The notes under the pieces are model-generated. The model had not been told where the DNA came from and searched no databases. It was given only the letters and a program-made list of their open reading frames with translations. DNA of 64,000 bases from NCBI RefSeq assembly GCF_009834535.1, contig NC_045696.1:31374001-31438000 (forward strand). The letters are read 5' to 3'. Below, piece by piece: positions 1 through 12,041 of this stretch (position 1 is its first letter; every line of letters starts with the position of its first letter). The stretch is from Camelus ferus (lineage: Eukaryota). The translations under genes and the position numbers were made by a program.

Positions 1-510
1 ACATTTATGCAAGAAAAATGAAAATATATGCCCAGTAAAACTATTTATATTTGAATATTCATAGCAGCTTTATTCTTAATAAACTAAAATTAGAAATAAC
101 ACAAATTTCTATCAATTAGTGAATGAATAAATAAATTATAGTATACAGAAATATGGTATCATTCAGCAATAAAAATAATCTACTGATACACACAGCAACA
201 AGGTAGACGGACCCCAAAATGTTATGCAGAACAAAAGAAATAAGATCTCAAAATGGCATACTGTATACTCTCATTAACATGAAATTACAGAACAAACTTG
301 TACCAGAAAACAAATTAAACAAATTAGTGTTTGCATATGGAAGGGCAGATTGACTACAAAAGAGCTTAATAGAAATTTTGGAGGTGGTGGAAATGTTCTA
401 TATTTTGATTTTTTTGACTACACAATGTATATATTTTTGAAGCTCATTGAACATCACACTTATGGTGACTGTGTGCAGCCATATGTGTGTAAATTATACC
501 TGAATAAAGT
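1..510 (+). mobile_element. Old L1 (L1ME/L1MC-like) 3' end fragment
   Basis: Typical L1 3' text: 'gaatattcatagcagctttattcttaat', 'tcattcagcaataaaaa', 'tttggaggtggtggaaatgttctatattttgatt', 'tgtaaattatacctgaataaagttga'. Confidence 0.75.
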
Positions 511-519
511 TGATCAAGA

Positions 520-1420
520 CCTTGAATTTGAATATTTCACTGCCATCTATACTACTTTCCAGTCTAACAATCATTTCTCTAATCCAGATTGTTTTAGCCT
601 ACATCTGCTCTGCCTCCCCTACCTTTGTCCCCCTAAAGCATATTCTCAACACAATTCCAGCAATCCTGTCGATATTTACAGATACTAATACATATAAAAT
701 AGATAAACAACAAGTTCATACTGTATAGTACAGGGAGCTATATTCATTATCTTGTAGTAACTTATGGTGAAAAAGAATATAAAAACGAATATATGTATGT
801 ATACGTATAACTGAAGCATTATGCTGTACACCAGAAGTTGACACAACATTGTAAACTGACTATATTTCAATTAAAAAATATATATATATAAAATGCAACT
901 CAGATCATGTGACTTTTCTGCTCAGAGTCCACCCCTTATCCACCTTTCTCTCTGCCCTTATTTCCTAATATTTTTCTGTTTTCGCACTTTGCACCAGACA
1001 TATGGCTTCTTTGTTCTTCATTCCAAATGCCAGGCATGTTCTGCTTCATGATATTTTTCATCCTATGTTCTCTCTCAGCCCAGAGCACTTCCCTTAGATG
1101 TTCATACGGCTACTCCTAGAGCTTCATTCAAGTCTTTGCTTAAATTATGTATTTTCAGAGATACCTATCCAACAGCCTCATTTAAAATGCCAAGCCACAA
1201 GCCCATCATCACCACCCTACATCTCTTGTATTCTTTCCTATTTTATTTCCTCCATAAAACATAGCAAATTCTAATATGCTTGTAACTTGTGCATTATGTT
1301 TGTTTTCTCTCTTTCCCTTCTAATGAAAGCTTCTTGAGGATATGACATTCTATTCACTGCTATAACTTCATAACCTAGAAGAGAACCTAAAGATAAAAGC
1401 CAATAATAGAATCTTTAAAT
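520..1420 (+). mobile_element. L2 fragment, interrupted by a younger L1 3' end
   Basis: L2-like motifs 'cattctcaacaca', 'aaatgcaactcagatcatgtgact', 'ccaggcatgttctgcttca', 'ttcactgctataacttcataacctagaa'. Confidence 0.65.
680..880 (+). mobile_element. Younger, 5'-truncated L1 3' end (cetartiodactyl/camelid-type)
   Basis: 'ataaaatagataaacaacaagttcatactgtatagtacagggagctatattc...tgctgtacaccagaagttgacacaacattgtaaactgactatatttcaattaaaaaa', then an (AT)n tail. Confidence 0.8.
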
Positions 1421-4068
1421 GTATAAGAGAAAGCAGGTTACTGCAGATTACTTACAGCAATACATTCGGATTAATACAATATTTACAGTGTGATGCAAAA
1501 ATGTATGTAACGGTTTTACTTTTGAAATAAGGATTTTTGGTATACATGAAGATTTCATAGTTATGAACCTACAATATTTATATAAATTATAATCCTCTTA
1601 AAATACAGAACAAGTAATTCAAAATGTAAAAATACAGAAGCCAAATATCACCCAAAACCCCAACTTCCACATTTTTTCTACAATAGCATAGATGGAGAAA
1701 TTTTACCTCATCTTTCCCCTGAAGGGCGACTTACATTTTTGATTTTTGTATAGGTTGTCTGAAAAATTCATGTTAGAAATTCAATAACTGAAACAGATTG
1801 TTTTGATGGTAATTGATTTAATGTTTTCTCTTATAGATACTATGCCCTTTCAGTCCATGTATTTTATTCTTCCTTTGATTACTGGGACTTACGGATTTTT
1901 GAATTCTAACTCTCAACACGTGTTCTTTCTCCTTTCTTCAGTTATTTTATTTCAACAATGACAGTCTTGTGTTACATTATCCTTACCATTCAGAACTGTT
2001 ATCCTCTCTGTAAATGTTTTATTCTCTGCCTTTTCTCTTTCTATTCAATACGATTATTTCAATTTATTTCTCTATGGCACAGTTGCATTTTTCAGCTATT
2101 TATGTCTCTGGATGTTTCTTATTTATTTACTACATTAGCATTGCTTATATTTCTGAATTGCTTTCCTCTACTATAAAAATCACACTTTTCATTTAATTAT
2201 TTGTTTGTTTTATCTGAGATCTGTGCTCTGGTTCTATTGTCTCTACATTTTTATTAAGTTTGTACATACTGTTTCCTGTGGTATGTGTTATATTGTGATA
2301 CATACTTATTATGTGTAGTTATGCTTTCTTACAGAGTTCTTTATCTTAATTCTGGATACAATGTTTATTATCTTCTTTATGCTTAAGTTTTGTTGATAGA
2401 TCTGTCCAGAACTTCCCCCTTTCCTCTGATTTAGTATGATTAAATTCTTAACATTCATCCCACTTGATTAAGATCAATCTATTTTTCAATGCTAAGCTTG
2501 AGTTTGAAGGCTAAGTGTTGATTTCTACTTTTCTGGGCTACAAAGGTAAGAGAGATTGGGAAGAAATTGAAAAGAGTGTCCCTCTGTGTATTGGTTCTGA
2601 CTTATGTACTCTCTTGGGTCCTAATACATGTCTTCTGGAATCCATTCCATATAGTCAAAGGTATATTTGATTTTTGAAGCTGTTAATAGTTTAACAACAT
2701 CTACTTAACTTATCTGTTATTCTTTCCAATATGAAACATATATTTGAGGATATTCAATACTCTGCCAACTCAACCTCTCTACGTCAGGAAACCATAGTGT
2801 TATAAGGAGCATCCTCCAACTCATCTTGAACTAAAGAGTTGATTTTTTTCAAAGCACATAATGTATGTTTATATCCATTTTCTCTTTTTATCGTTGACAG
2901 CACACTTTAGACTTCTTTTTCTGTTTCTCTTTGAACTTTGTTAAATGTTGAAGGTGTTTTCTCTAATTTTTGAAAGTTATCTATCAACACCTCATAAACT
3001 GTAACACGGAGGTATTAGCAATACTTATCCTACAGCCCTCTTTTGAATATTGCCCAAGGAATGGAACGTGCAGTGTTTGGTATGCAGCCTTGTACAAATT
3101 TGGTGACATAAATCATTAAACTACAGTTATTATTAATTTCCAAAAAAAGATATTGAAACTTAACATATATACAAATAAGATTAGAGAAAGAGATGGTATT
3201 TCCAAGTGTGTTTTTCATAAAGCTTACTTTGGGTATGTTCTTGAAACAAGAAATTAAGTGTATATTTAGGCCATATATAAAACCTTTACATATTTTAGAG
3301 TGAATGTGAAGAAAAACCTTGACTTCTGAAGAAAAAGTATCATTTTTAATTCTGGAAATTGTATTCTAATGAAGCAGATGGAAAAGCTGTAGGTAAACTT
3401 CAACTGCCATTAATTATGTATATCTGTTGGATTTCAACAGCTGGTATCATTATAAACGTTATTAGCCTTATTAGGCATGTATGTAGCATTTTATTTCCAA
3501 GATGCTTTATAGTCTTTAATTAGTGCATAACAGTCTTAAGAAATGGATGAGAGCGGTTATACTAAATTCCAAGTAGTAGAAACTAAAATTTCAATAGTTA
3601 TCTCTACAACTAATTCCGCTGGTATTTTATGTATGGAAGGAATTCAAATTCCTCAGTACTTATTATCATGCTCTGTATTCTCCTTGAAATTCAGCCATTA
3701 TATTATAAGGCCATTTTTACCCTATTTTTAATCTAATTTTTCATATTACTGGCATGAGACAGTTCTTCATTCAGTGCTTTGGGACAAAGTCTTTTTTGGG
3801 GACAGGGGTGCTTGTTTTATTTATTTTTCTCTTATGGAAAACAGTTCATGTAGGAATTCTACAGGTATGTAGTACACATAACTTATTACATCAATTTTAT
3901 TTTTAAAATGGGACAAAGACAAAAGCTTATATATCACAAAATGTGTAACTTCCAAAATATCTTTTTTTATTTAAAAGCATCAAATGCCATCCACAACTTT
4001 GATTACAAGTATATGTATTAATCAAGATCTAAAATTGAGGATTTCCAAATGTGTTTATCAGAAAAACT

Positions 4069-4169
4069 CAGAACCCCTGATGCCTAGATTAATGGCAAGT
4101 CAGTGTTGGCTGACTGATTAACACCCAGTCAAAACTGACTGGATGTTAATCTAGGCATCAGGAGTTCTG
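4069..4169. repeat. Long imperfect inverted repeat (44-bp arms, 13-nt loop)
   Basis: Arm 4069-4112 is the reverse complement of 4126-4169. Perfect 17-bp core CCTGATGCCTAGATTAA / TTAATCTAGGCATCAGG. Confidence 0.9.
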
Positions 4170-4248
4170 GTCTCAAAAATCTAAAGCTAACAGTGTGGAC
4201 TGGATTGTGGAAATGGTGACTTTTGCTCTCTTTAAAACTGTGAAGAGC

Positions 4249-4345
4249 TATATGAAAATGAATATATGCATTTTCATGTATGACTGAAGAATTGTGCTGT
4301 ACACCAGAAATTGATACCACGCTGAAACCTGACTACAGCTCAATA
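4249..4345 (+). mobile_element. About 100-bp L1 3' end with 15-bp target-site duplication
   Basis: Similar to the L1 end at 680-880 ('tgctgtacaccagaaattga'). Flanked by aaaactgtgaagagc (4234-4248) and aaaacagtgaagagc (4346-4360) at a TT/AAAA site. Confidence 0.85.
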
Positions 4346-5623
4346 AAAACAGTGAAGAGCCAAAGATATATAATTCTCTTTGTACATTTTCTTGTGCACT
4401 TAAACATTTAAAATATTATAAAACTATATTAATGATTATATAGCAATTAGAATGTGTATGGATAATAGGAAGAATGACTTTTATCAGATTAAAAGTGATT
4501 AAATAATTTGTCATTCTGACACTGTAATTTGACACAATTTATTACTTAAAACTGGTTAAAATTGGTATATTTAGACTTTTAATTAAGATGTTAATTAGTA
4601 ACAGGTAATTGAAAATATTCTCTACTTTTCTACATTTAACATTTCCTCTTTTATTTACCTTTTATGATCACAATCTTTAGAAAATGCATATTCTACACAA
4701 GGACAAATGTAAGTTAAAGAGTACAGTGAAGGAAATTTTTAAAAAGAATTACTGCTGCACAGTTCTTACTAGAACAAAACCAGAGACATACCATTTACAT
4801 ACTTATTGGAAGGGTCATCAGGGTGAACTCTAAATTATGATATGGAATTATTAACTTCAGACAGTTCAACTGAGATGAAAACCGTATTATTACACATAAC
4901 GCATGTTTTTATTGCCTTAGGAAAAGCACTGTACAATAATCATCAGCACTGGTACTTTTTAAATAGCCATTTATATACTGATATTATCCAAAATGATATA
5001 AAACAGGTTTCAGGAGTGATACCTGTACCTTAAGGGCATAATATTTGAGACAAATAGAACTCTATTAAGAAATGCCTACTATAGATTAAAATGCACACTT
5101 TTCAATGGCACAGAAGTTTAAGTGTACTCTGAAGGGTGATAAAGAACAATATATGACCTTCTTAGTAATTTGCTATTTCATACTGGAATTAAACACTAAT
5201 ATTTGCATAAGCAAATATTTAAATAATCAAAAATTAATAAATGCTGTTTTTCTTAATTTCAAAAAAATTTATATTTGGAAATTGGACTAGAGCAGAAAGT
5301 GTTTAAAACATGATTAAGAAAATTATAAAATTATAGATAGATACAAAGCATGTCAGGAAGTAACTAAAATGGAATTCTTAATTACTAATGTATTCACAAC
5401 CATCCCTTTAAAGAGAAAACTTCATGAAGTAACCCTATTATCTAATTTATAATCCTCTGAATCATATACAACTTTTCAAGGACACAGTTTTTGAAAGAAA
5501 CACCTGGAATTAGTTAATTCCTCTTTAACAGAAGAAATAAAACTATCAATGTAATTGACTTTGGCTGGGTGAGTAGCAGGTGTCAACAAGTTACCTACTG
5601 GTGGCTGATTATGTATTTTAGTA

Positions 5624-5945
5624 CAGTGGTTCACAAACTGTGCTGCTTATTAGAACCACCTGGGAGTTTTTAAAAATCCATGTCTAAGTTACACTTCATG
5701 CCTACTAAATCAGAAGTTCCGGGGTTGAAATGGCATCAGTGCTTTTCATTTCTTTCTTTTTAATTTTCAGTGTTTCTAAATCTTAGCCAAATTAGAGAAT
5801 TAGTTTTTCAGAATAGTATCTGTCAAATTTAAAATGTAATTTGTAATCCAAGAAGTCTGAGACAGGCCCAAGATTCTACATTTCTAACAAACTCCGAAGT
5901 GATGCAGTTGCTGCAGGTCCTTGGACTTCACCTTGAGAAGCAAGG
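5624..5945. mobile_element. MER5-family (hAT-Charlie) DNA transposon fragments
   Basis: 'cagtggttcacaaactgtgctgcttattagaaccacctgggag' and 'ttctacatttctaacaaactcc...gatgcagttgctgcaggtcc...caccttgagaagcaagg'. Confidence 0.7.
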
Positions 5946-7819
5946 CCTCAGAGCACCTTTGTCAATAAAACATCACTCGAATATCATGTGAAAGTCTAAC
6001 ACAATGTGTGTTTTCTGATAAGAGCAAACAGTACCATGTGAAATTTGTGATTTCTTTCTTCTGAAACTGCTAGTTTACTATTGTGCCATTGATGTTAACT
6101 TTATTAAAATTTACAGATGTGTTGATCATTAGCTTAAATTATTTTTAAGACAGATATTTAGAAACACTTATTGATGTAGGAAGACAGTATAGTTTTGGTA
6201 TTTGGTTCTGCGTATTAAGCCTACTCTAATTACCTAGATGTCATTTTTCTACAGTATATTTGAAGACTTAAGACTTCAGGAGGATTAGAAGTCTTTTTAG
6301 TCCCCAGAAGTTTAAAATAATTTTATCAACATTTTTAGAAAGTTTGTCCATGTGAGTCCAAATATTAAATGTATTATTTTATTTGAGTCATTCTAAAATA
6401 GTAGAATTCAGATCTTCTTTCATAATATGTATGACAATAATATATTATAAACCCTATTCACCTGAAAATTTCAAAAACTAAATCTCATAATCTCTTGGTC
6501 ATCTCAAGATGGCTTAATGAAGTCTACTATATTTTGACTTGATTATTGAAGGAATAATTAAAAAGGAATACAACCAATATGAATCCTGTGCCTGTAGTTT
6601 TCAAATTGTGTTCTTTTGAATGTATGCTGAGGAGATACTAACAGTGTTAATTTGCTTCTTTAAATTTACTTTCCTCCTGTTACTAATATTCACTAGAAAA
6701 ATCTCATTTACCTTCACTTAATTACATTTTGTTAATCAAAACAATACATCTATGCAGCTATTTCTTCCCTAGTTATCTTCATATCTGATTAATACAAGTG
6801 GCTTTTAAAAATGATCCTGTAAGTGTATTAAACATTAGGTGAAATGATAATTGAACCTATTCTTATTTTGAATACTGACATCCTGAGTTAGAAGAAGACT
6901 CCACTGTATTTCCTAAAAGTGTTTCTTAATCATGCTACTTTACGAAGTTGGCTAGATTTGTTATATCTAGTTGAGTACTCCGTATTATTTGCTTGTTCAG
7001 AACTACTGCCACCATTACCATAATAAAAAAAGTCTAAGTCATCCTTTGTTTGATAAGGAAGAGACTGTTTGAGAAAGAAAATTTTGTACTGAATTTTAAT
7101 TACATTTTTAAACTTTAATTTAAAATATAAACTCCTTTTAAAAATTTATGAGCCAGAGGAAGTGGGAAATATATCAAATTAGTATGTATTAAAATCACCT
7201 ATTCAAAGCATACCTCAAGTAACATTCCCTAGAATTGTAAAACTTAGATATTCATCAACGGTGTAACTCACACTTCTATGCACTGGTTGAGGTGATTTAA
7301 TTACTGTCATTTTGAAATAACACATGCGATGCTGTGTACATAATGACTTCTTGAGAAACAATGCCAGTTAGACAGTTACTCTTCTTGCCTCTTCTGAAGA
7401 ATGCATTGCTAACAAGGTCTCAAGTCATTTCACCAAGTCATCAAGCTTAAACTTCCTTATATTTACTATATTTGAAAAGAAATAGAAAAAGTCATCTAAT
7501 ACAATACCCCAGTATACCCTCTTCAATATTGTTGCATCTTCTGAGATCTTAAAATTTTTTCCTAAAAAATACTTTCATAAATTGCATTTAAGTTTTAAAT
7601 AAAATTTATCTTACAACTTTGAGAACTTTAGAAGGAAATCACAGTATATAGCTAAAACATAACTGCAACTGAAAAATTAAACATGAACAATTTAGTCACT
7701 ATATACCTAGATATAAACTATAGCGTCACTAAGAGCAAGAAAACATCACATTGTAATTGTATGTAAATTCCAGAGCTGAAAATTAGACTTAAATTTATGA
7801 TTCACATGACCTTTCTTTT

Positions 7820-8040
7820 TTCTTTTGAAATAATCTTGTATGTACAAAAACAGTACAGATGTTTCCTTTGCACCCATCACCCATTTCCCCTAATATTAGT
7901 ATCCTGAACAATCATTATTAAAACTAGAGAAATTAATATTAACACAATGCTGATAACTAATAGATTTCACCAGAACAGTTTTCAACTAATATTCTTTTTC
8001 TGCTCAAGAGTCCAATCTAAGATGCAAAATTGCATTTACT
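7820..8040 (-). mobile_element. Old L1 3' UTR fragment (L1MB/MC-like)
   Basis: 'tttgaaataatc...tacaaaaacagtacaga...acccatcacccatttcccctaat' resembles reverse-strand L1M 3' ends. Confidence 0.55.
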
Positions 8041-8304
8041 GATTTGTTAAAACCAAATACAGACAAAAGAGTTCTAGAATTCAACTCATACACCTATTGA
8101 AAATAATTACTAAATATTACTGATAGAATATAGTATTCATGTACCTACAGTTCCTTCTGTCTTTAGTCTTACAATACTCAGCCAAAATACTATTTTCCAA
8201 AGCTACATGAGTTAGTTCTTTTCATCGCCACCTTCTTCACTGTAAAATTATCAATTTGAAATATAAAGTTTATAACTGCTTATATTCTGCTTTCAGTTCC
8301 CCTC

Positions 8305-8561
8305 TGTCTGAAAAGAATTATACTCTCCCAAATTCATAGGTTGAAGCCTAACCCCCAATGTGCCTGTATTTGGAATAGGGCCTCTATGGAGGTAATTAAG
8401 GTTAAAAGAGATCATAAGGATGGGGCCCTAACCCCTAAGAGTATTGTGCTTATGAGAAGAGGAAGAGACCCCTAGTGTGCTTGCACAGAGGAAAAAGTCA
8501 TGTGGACCTACAGCAAGAAGCGGCTATCTGCAAGTCAAGGAGAGAGGCCTCAGGAGAAACC
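8305..8561 (+). mobile_element. MLT1A/B-like MaLR LTR, 5' part only
   Basis: 'cccaaattcataggttgaagcctaacccccaatgtg...gtatttgga...aggtaattaaggttaaa...ctatctgcaagtcaaggagagaggcctcaggagaaacc'. The usual 3' part is absent. Confidence 0.8.
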
Positions 8562-11089
8562 ATGAGCCAAGTAAATTTGGAGGTTATAAAGCCTTGGATA
8601 GCGAAACAAACATCAGAAATCCTTGGGTTTTAAAAAATGATACTATGATTGAGTTTATATTTAACTAGCTGGAAGTGAAGACTCTGGGACTCCAAAATAT
8701 CATATCAACTTGATTGTTTTTTTTTTAAAAGAAAATAATAATAATAATAAAAAGCTAGAAAACTTATTAACTATGGCCTCTGCTGCTCCAGGCACAGGAA
8801 AGCATGGCTCTACTCCATTCTGCTTTCCTAGAACTCAAAGAATAAATATAACAGACATAGATTACACAAGAAATTTGCCATTTATAAGAAAGCAAGCTGA
8901 AGATAAAGAGGGATAAGGAGGAAAAAGAATTGAAAAACAGAAAGCCTCAAAAGCCCAAGAAGATGCTAATCCAGATGGCCTCCCCCTAGAAGAGGAACTT
9001 CCCCTGTCAGGAAAGTGAGACAGGGCAGTCATTGCCCATTTCATCTACACAGAATCAAGAACTGGGGAGTCCATCCCTCATTCCAAAAATGAAGGAGAAA
9101 CTCTAAAGCTCCCCAAACCTTAAGTGAAAGTAAATGAACTTTCAGTGTGAGAGGCCAGCTCTACAGGTGACGGCCTAAAATTTCTCAAATCTGAACCTGT
9201 CTGTAACAAAGTCTAGAGAAAACTTCTCTGAGAAAAACAAACAAGGAGACAAACAAACAAAAAGTCCAAAAGACTCACCGGGTCACGTTCCAAATTGAGG
9301 TCCCAAACGCATTGTAGCTATCCTCACACTCAGTAGATCCAGCGCCAGATCACAGCCACGAAGCGGCCCTGCCCCAAGAAGGTGGCCATTCCTCAAATAA
9401 CGCCCCCAAAGACAGGTGTCTCTCCGCCAAAGCATAAAAGGAGATTTCCAGTGAGTCAAAAAGATGTTCATCAGCCACCTTAGCTCATTGTCCTCACCAA
9501 AGGTCACCACCGAAGAAGCCTCCTAAGGTTCTCTACGAAAAATGAGCAAGTTAACTCCTTCAGCAAGTCCAAGGCGAAGGTACTGTCACCTCCAGCAACT
9601 CGTCTGCCAAAACTTGCCATTTTTCGACCCTATGCAGTCCAGCCGTACAAGAAGAAGACGTGCTTCTGTCTCTCCAGGGGGAAGTTCAGGTAAAATGGCA
9701 AAACGGAAATGCACTGAGAAAAGAGGTTGCCCCACACCAGCACGAGAACCTACAAAACTAGAAGCATCCAAACCGACAAGGGAGAAAGTGTCAGAACGAG
9801 AGCAGCAGATTCGGTACAGCAGGGATGCCAATATGGCCAACGAAACCAGCTGTCTTTGTATGAATATGGCTCCTCTCTTCAATAACCGTCGACTCAGGAG
9901 TTTTTGTGAGAATTATAATGGGTGGTCAGGCTGTGGACGCATTCCCACATTCCCATTCCAGGCGTACTTTGCCACGAAAGTGCCAGAAAGAGACTTCCTC
10001 CACTGTAGACAGAGAAGTTGCTCGCACTGCGCCTGCGAGGGCGAGTTCTTTTTCCTCCTCCTCTTCCCCCACCCTCCTCCTCTCCGTCCTCTCCCTGCTC
10101 CTTTCCCACATCTGTGCTAACCTTTCCAAGAAGACATTCTTCTAGAATACAAGGATTTTCTTCTTCACGCCCAAAGAGTAGAACAGCCTCCACATCACCA
10201 TCTGAACCGGAGAAACGCAGGGACTCCCATTCTCCATCTCCCAAAGAAGCTTCCCAGTCACCGAGAGACATTTACCTTCATTATCGTCAAAGCGTGAGAA
10301 AGGGTCTTCCCTGATACCATTTACCCGAGAGGCACCATCAGCGCCACCAAATAGCATTTGCCCTCACTAACGCCTGGAGCTCTTCAGACTACCTCCAGCC
10401 TCTCTCAACACTCTTCCCCACTCACCCCCGTCTTAAGAGGAGTAATAGAAGCAGCATATAAAGAGGCAGTCCACATCCCCAGCCCTACAGCCAGGGATCC
10501 AGAGTTCAAAAAAGACAACAAAACAAAAGGCAGCGTCTACAATCCCTCAGTCTGTAAGGAGGGTCTAATGCTCCATATTTGTCTCAGGATCTCCCGGTCC
10601 ACGGCAGTCTCCATGCCTGTCCCGTGTGTCACACACACTAGCACAAGAAAGAAAAAAGAAAGAACATACTCTGGCTGCTTCTGCGACAGGTGCTGTAGAC
10701 CCTGCCGCTATTGCTGCTCCAGAAACAAAATCAACATTGCAAGGACTGAGGCAGAACGAGAGCCCAAGGAGAAGCTGAAGGTGAAGCTGAGGATAAGCTT
10801 GATGATATAGAAAAGCACCTATGAGAAAAGGCACTGAGATCAATGTGGAAGGATGACAGGTTTCCCAAAGACGGGTATGTTTGGTATGATGTAAATTTTA
10901 TTTGGCATATACACCGTGGATTTACATTGTGAAAGGTGCTCATAGTATGTTAGTGGCATTCTTTCATTGACTGCGGATAGATTGATGCAGAGTGAAATAT
11001 TTTAAGCCAATGTTTTTTTCTTTAAAAGGAGTTTAAATATTGTTGGCATTCTTGTGTTTCCTTTCAGTGCCCATAGCTATTCTCAGAGG
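8562..11089 (+). pseudogene. SRRM1: Processed pseudogene of SRRM1 (SRm160; PWI domain plus RS-rich region), 5'-truncated and frame-disrupted, with part of the 3' UTR
   Basis: From 8562 it reads MSQVNLEVIKPWIAKQTSEILGF*, then IEFIFN*LEVK (SRRM1 PWI: MSKVNLEVIKPWITKRVTEILGFEDDVVIEFIFNQLEVK). Also RSPPKKPPK, ASVSPGGSSGK, AADSVQQ, KCQKETS and, at about 10780-10850, EAEDKLDDIEKHL*EKALRSM (SRRM1 C-terminus EAEDNLDDLEKHLREKALRSM). No introns, many stops and frameshifts. Confidence 0.95.
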
Positions 11090-11104
11090 CTATTCTTATT
11101 TAAT

Positions 11105-11700
11105 AGTCAAAATATAACACCTATACTATACAATATTTTTCAGAAAGTAGAAGAGGAAGAAATACTTCCCAAATGATTTTAAGAGATAGCATTATTTTAA
11201 TACCAAAATCAGAGAAAGCTATTACCAGAAATGAAATTATAGATCAATAACCCTCATAAACATCCCATATCTGGTTAAGATGTTTTCTTTAATGGGAGAA
11301 TTTTAACTGTGAATTCAATTCATTTGATATTTACAGGACAGTTGATTATCAGTTTCCTCTTGAGTGACTGGCACTGATGTTAACATGTATTTTAAACTTT
11401 AATATGTAGTTACCACAGTGCTTTTCAAAAAGGCTATTATACTTCACTCTTTCAAAAGCAGTATATGAGAATTTTGTTTTCCCTGCCATGCTAAGGAAGT
11501 AATCACGTCTTTTAGTATTTACTGAACGGATGTTGTGAAAGCATTCTCTCATTGTTATTTTAATTTATAATAATGCCGCTAATTGTATTTAGGTAGTACT
11601 TGTGGCTACTTACATTTATTGCTATTTTGAATTTATTCTTTTACAACTTGCTTATTCATACATCTTTGCACAATTTTCTATTATGCATATTATGTTGTCA
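11105..11700. mobile_element. Old L1 fragments: ORF2 piece on + (about 11105-11263), then minus-strand pieces
   Basis: 'cagaaagtagaagaggaagaaatacttcccaaatgattttaagagatagcattattttaataccaaaatcaga...aattatagatcaataaccctcataaacat' (ORF2 RT N-terminal region, NYRPISL-like). Confidence 0.7.
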
Positions 11701-11829
11701 ATGAGACATAGATCTTGGGTTTTGTTTCTCTTTAGTAGCAATATATGTATATCTCTACTAAGGGGAAATATGTATGTATATTTGTTTGTTTAGATCTGAG
11801 GAGGTTGTGGATGGTGATAAATCTTACTG

Positions 11830-12041
11830 AACAGGAATCAGCATATGGCCCATATCAGACCCACTTCTTATTTTCATACATAAAGTTTACTGAAATACAG
11901 TCACATTCATTTCTATCTGTATTATCTTTAGCTGATTTTGCACTTCAACAACTGAACTGAGCAGAGCTCAGTACTTACAACAGAGACTGTGTGGACTAAA
12001 GCACCTAAAATAATTACTGTCTGGTCCTATACTGACCCCTG
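11830..12041. mobile_element. MER58A-like hAT element
   Basis: 'ataaagtttactgaaatacagtcacattcattt...acagagactgtgtggactaaagcacctaaaataattactgtctggtcct...gacccctg'. Confidence 0.65.

Noticed and set aside
8477..8668. 63-aa LTR-SRRM1 fusion ORF
   Set aside because: Non-ATG start, and out of SRRM1 frame except for the last few residues (IEFIFN).
8562..10870. Functional SRRM1 gene or intact retrogene
   Set aside because: Stop codon after 23 codons, repeated frameshifts, missing N-terminus and a stop within the C-terminal motif.
9283..10943. Antisense ORFs over the retrocopy
   Set aside because: Expected in GC-rich low-complexity coding remnants, with no recognisable protein.
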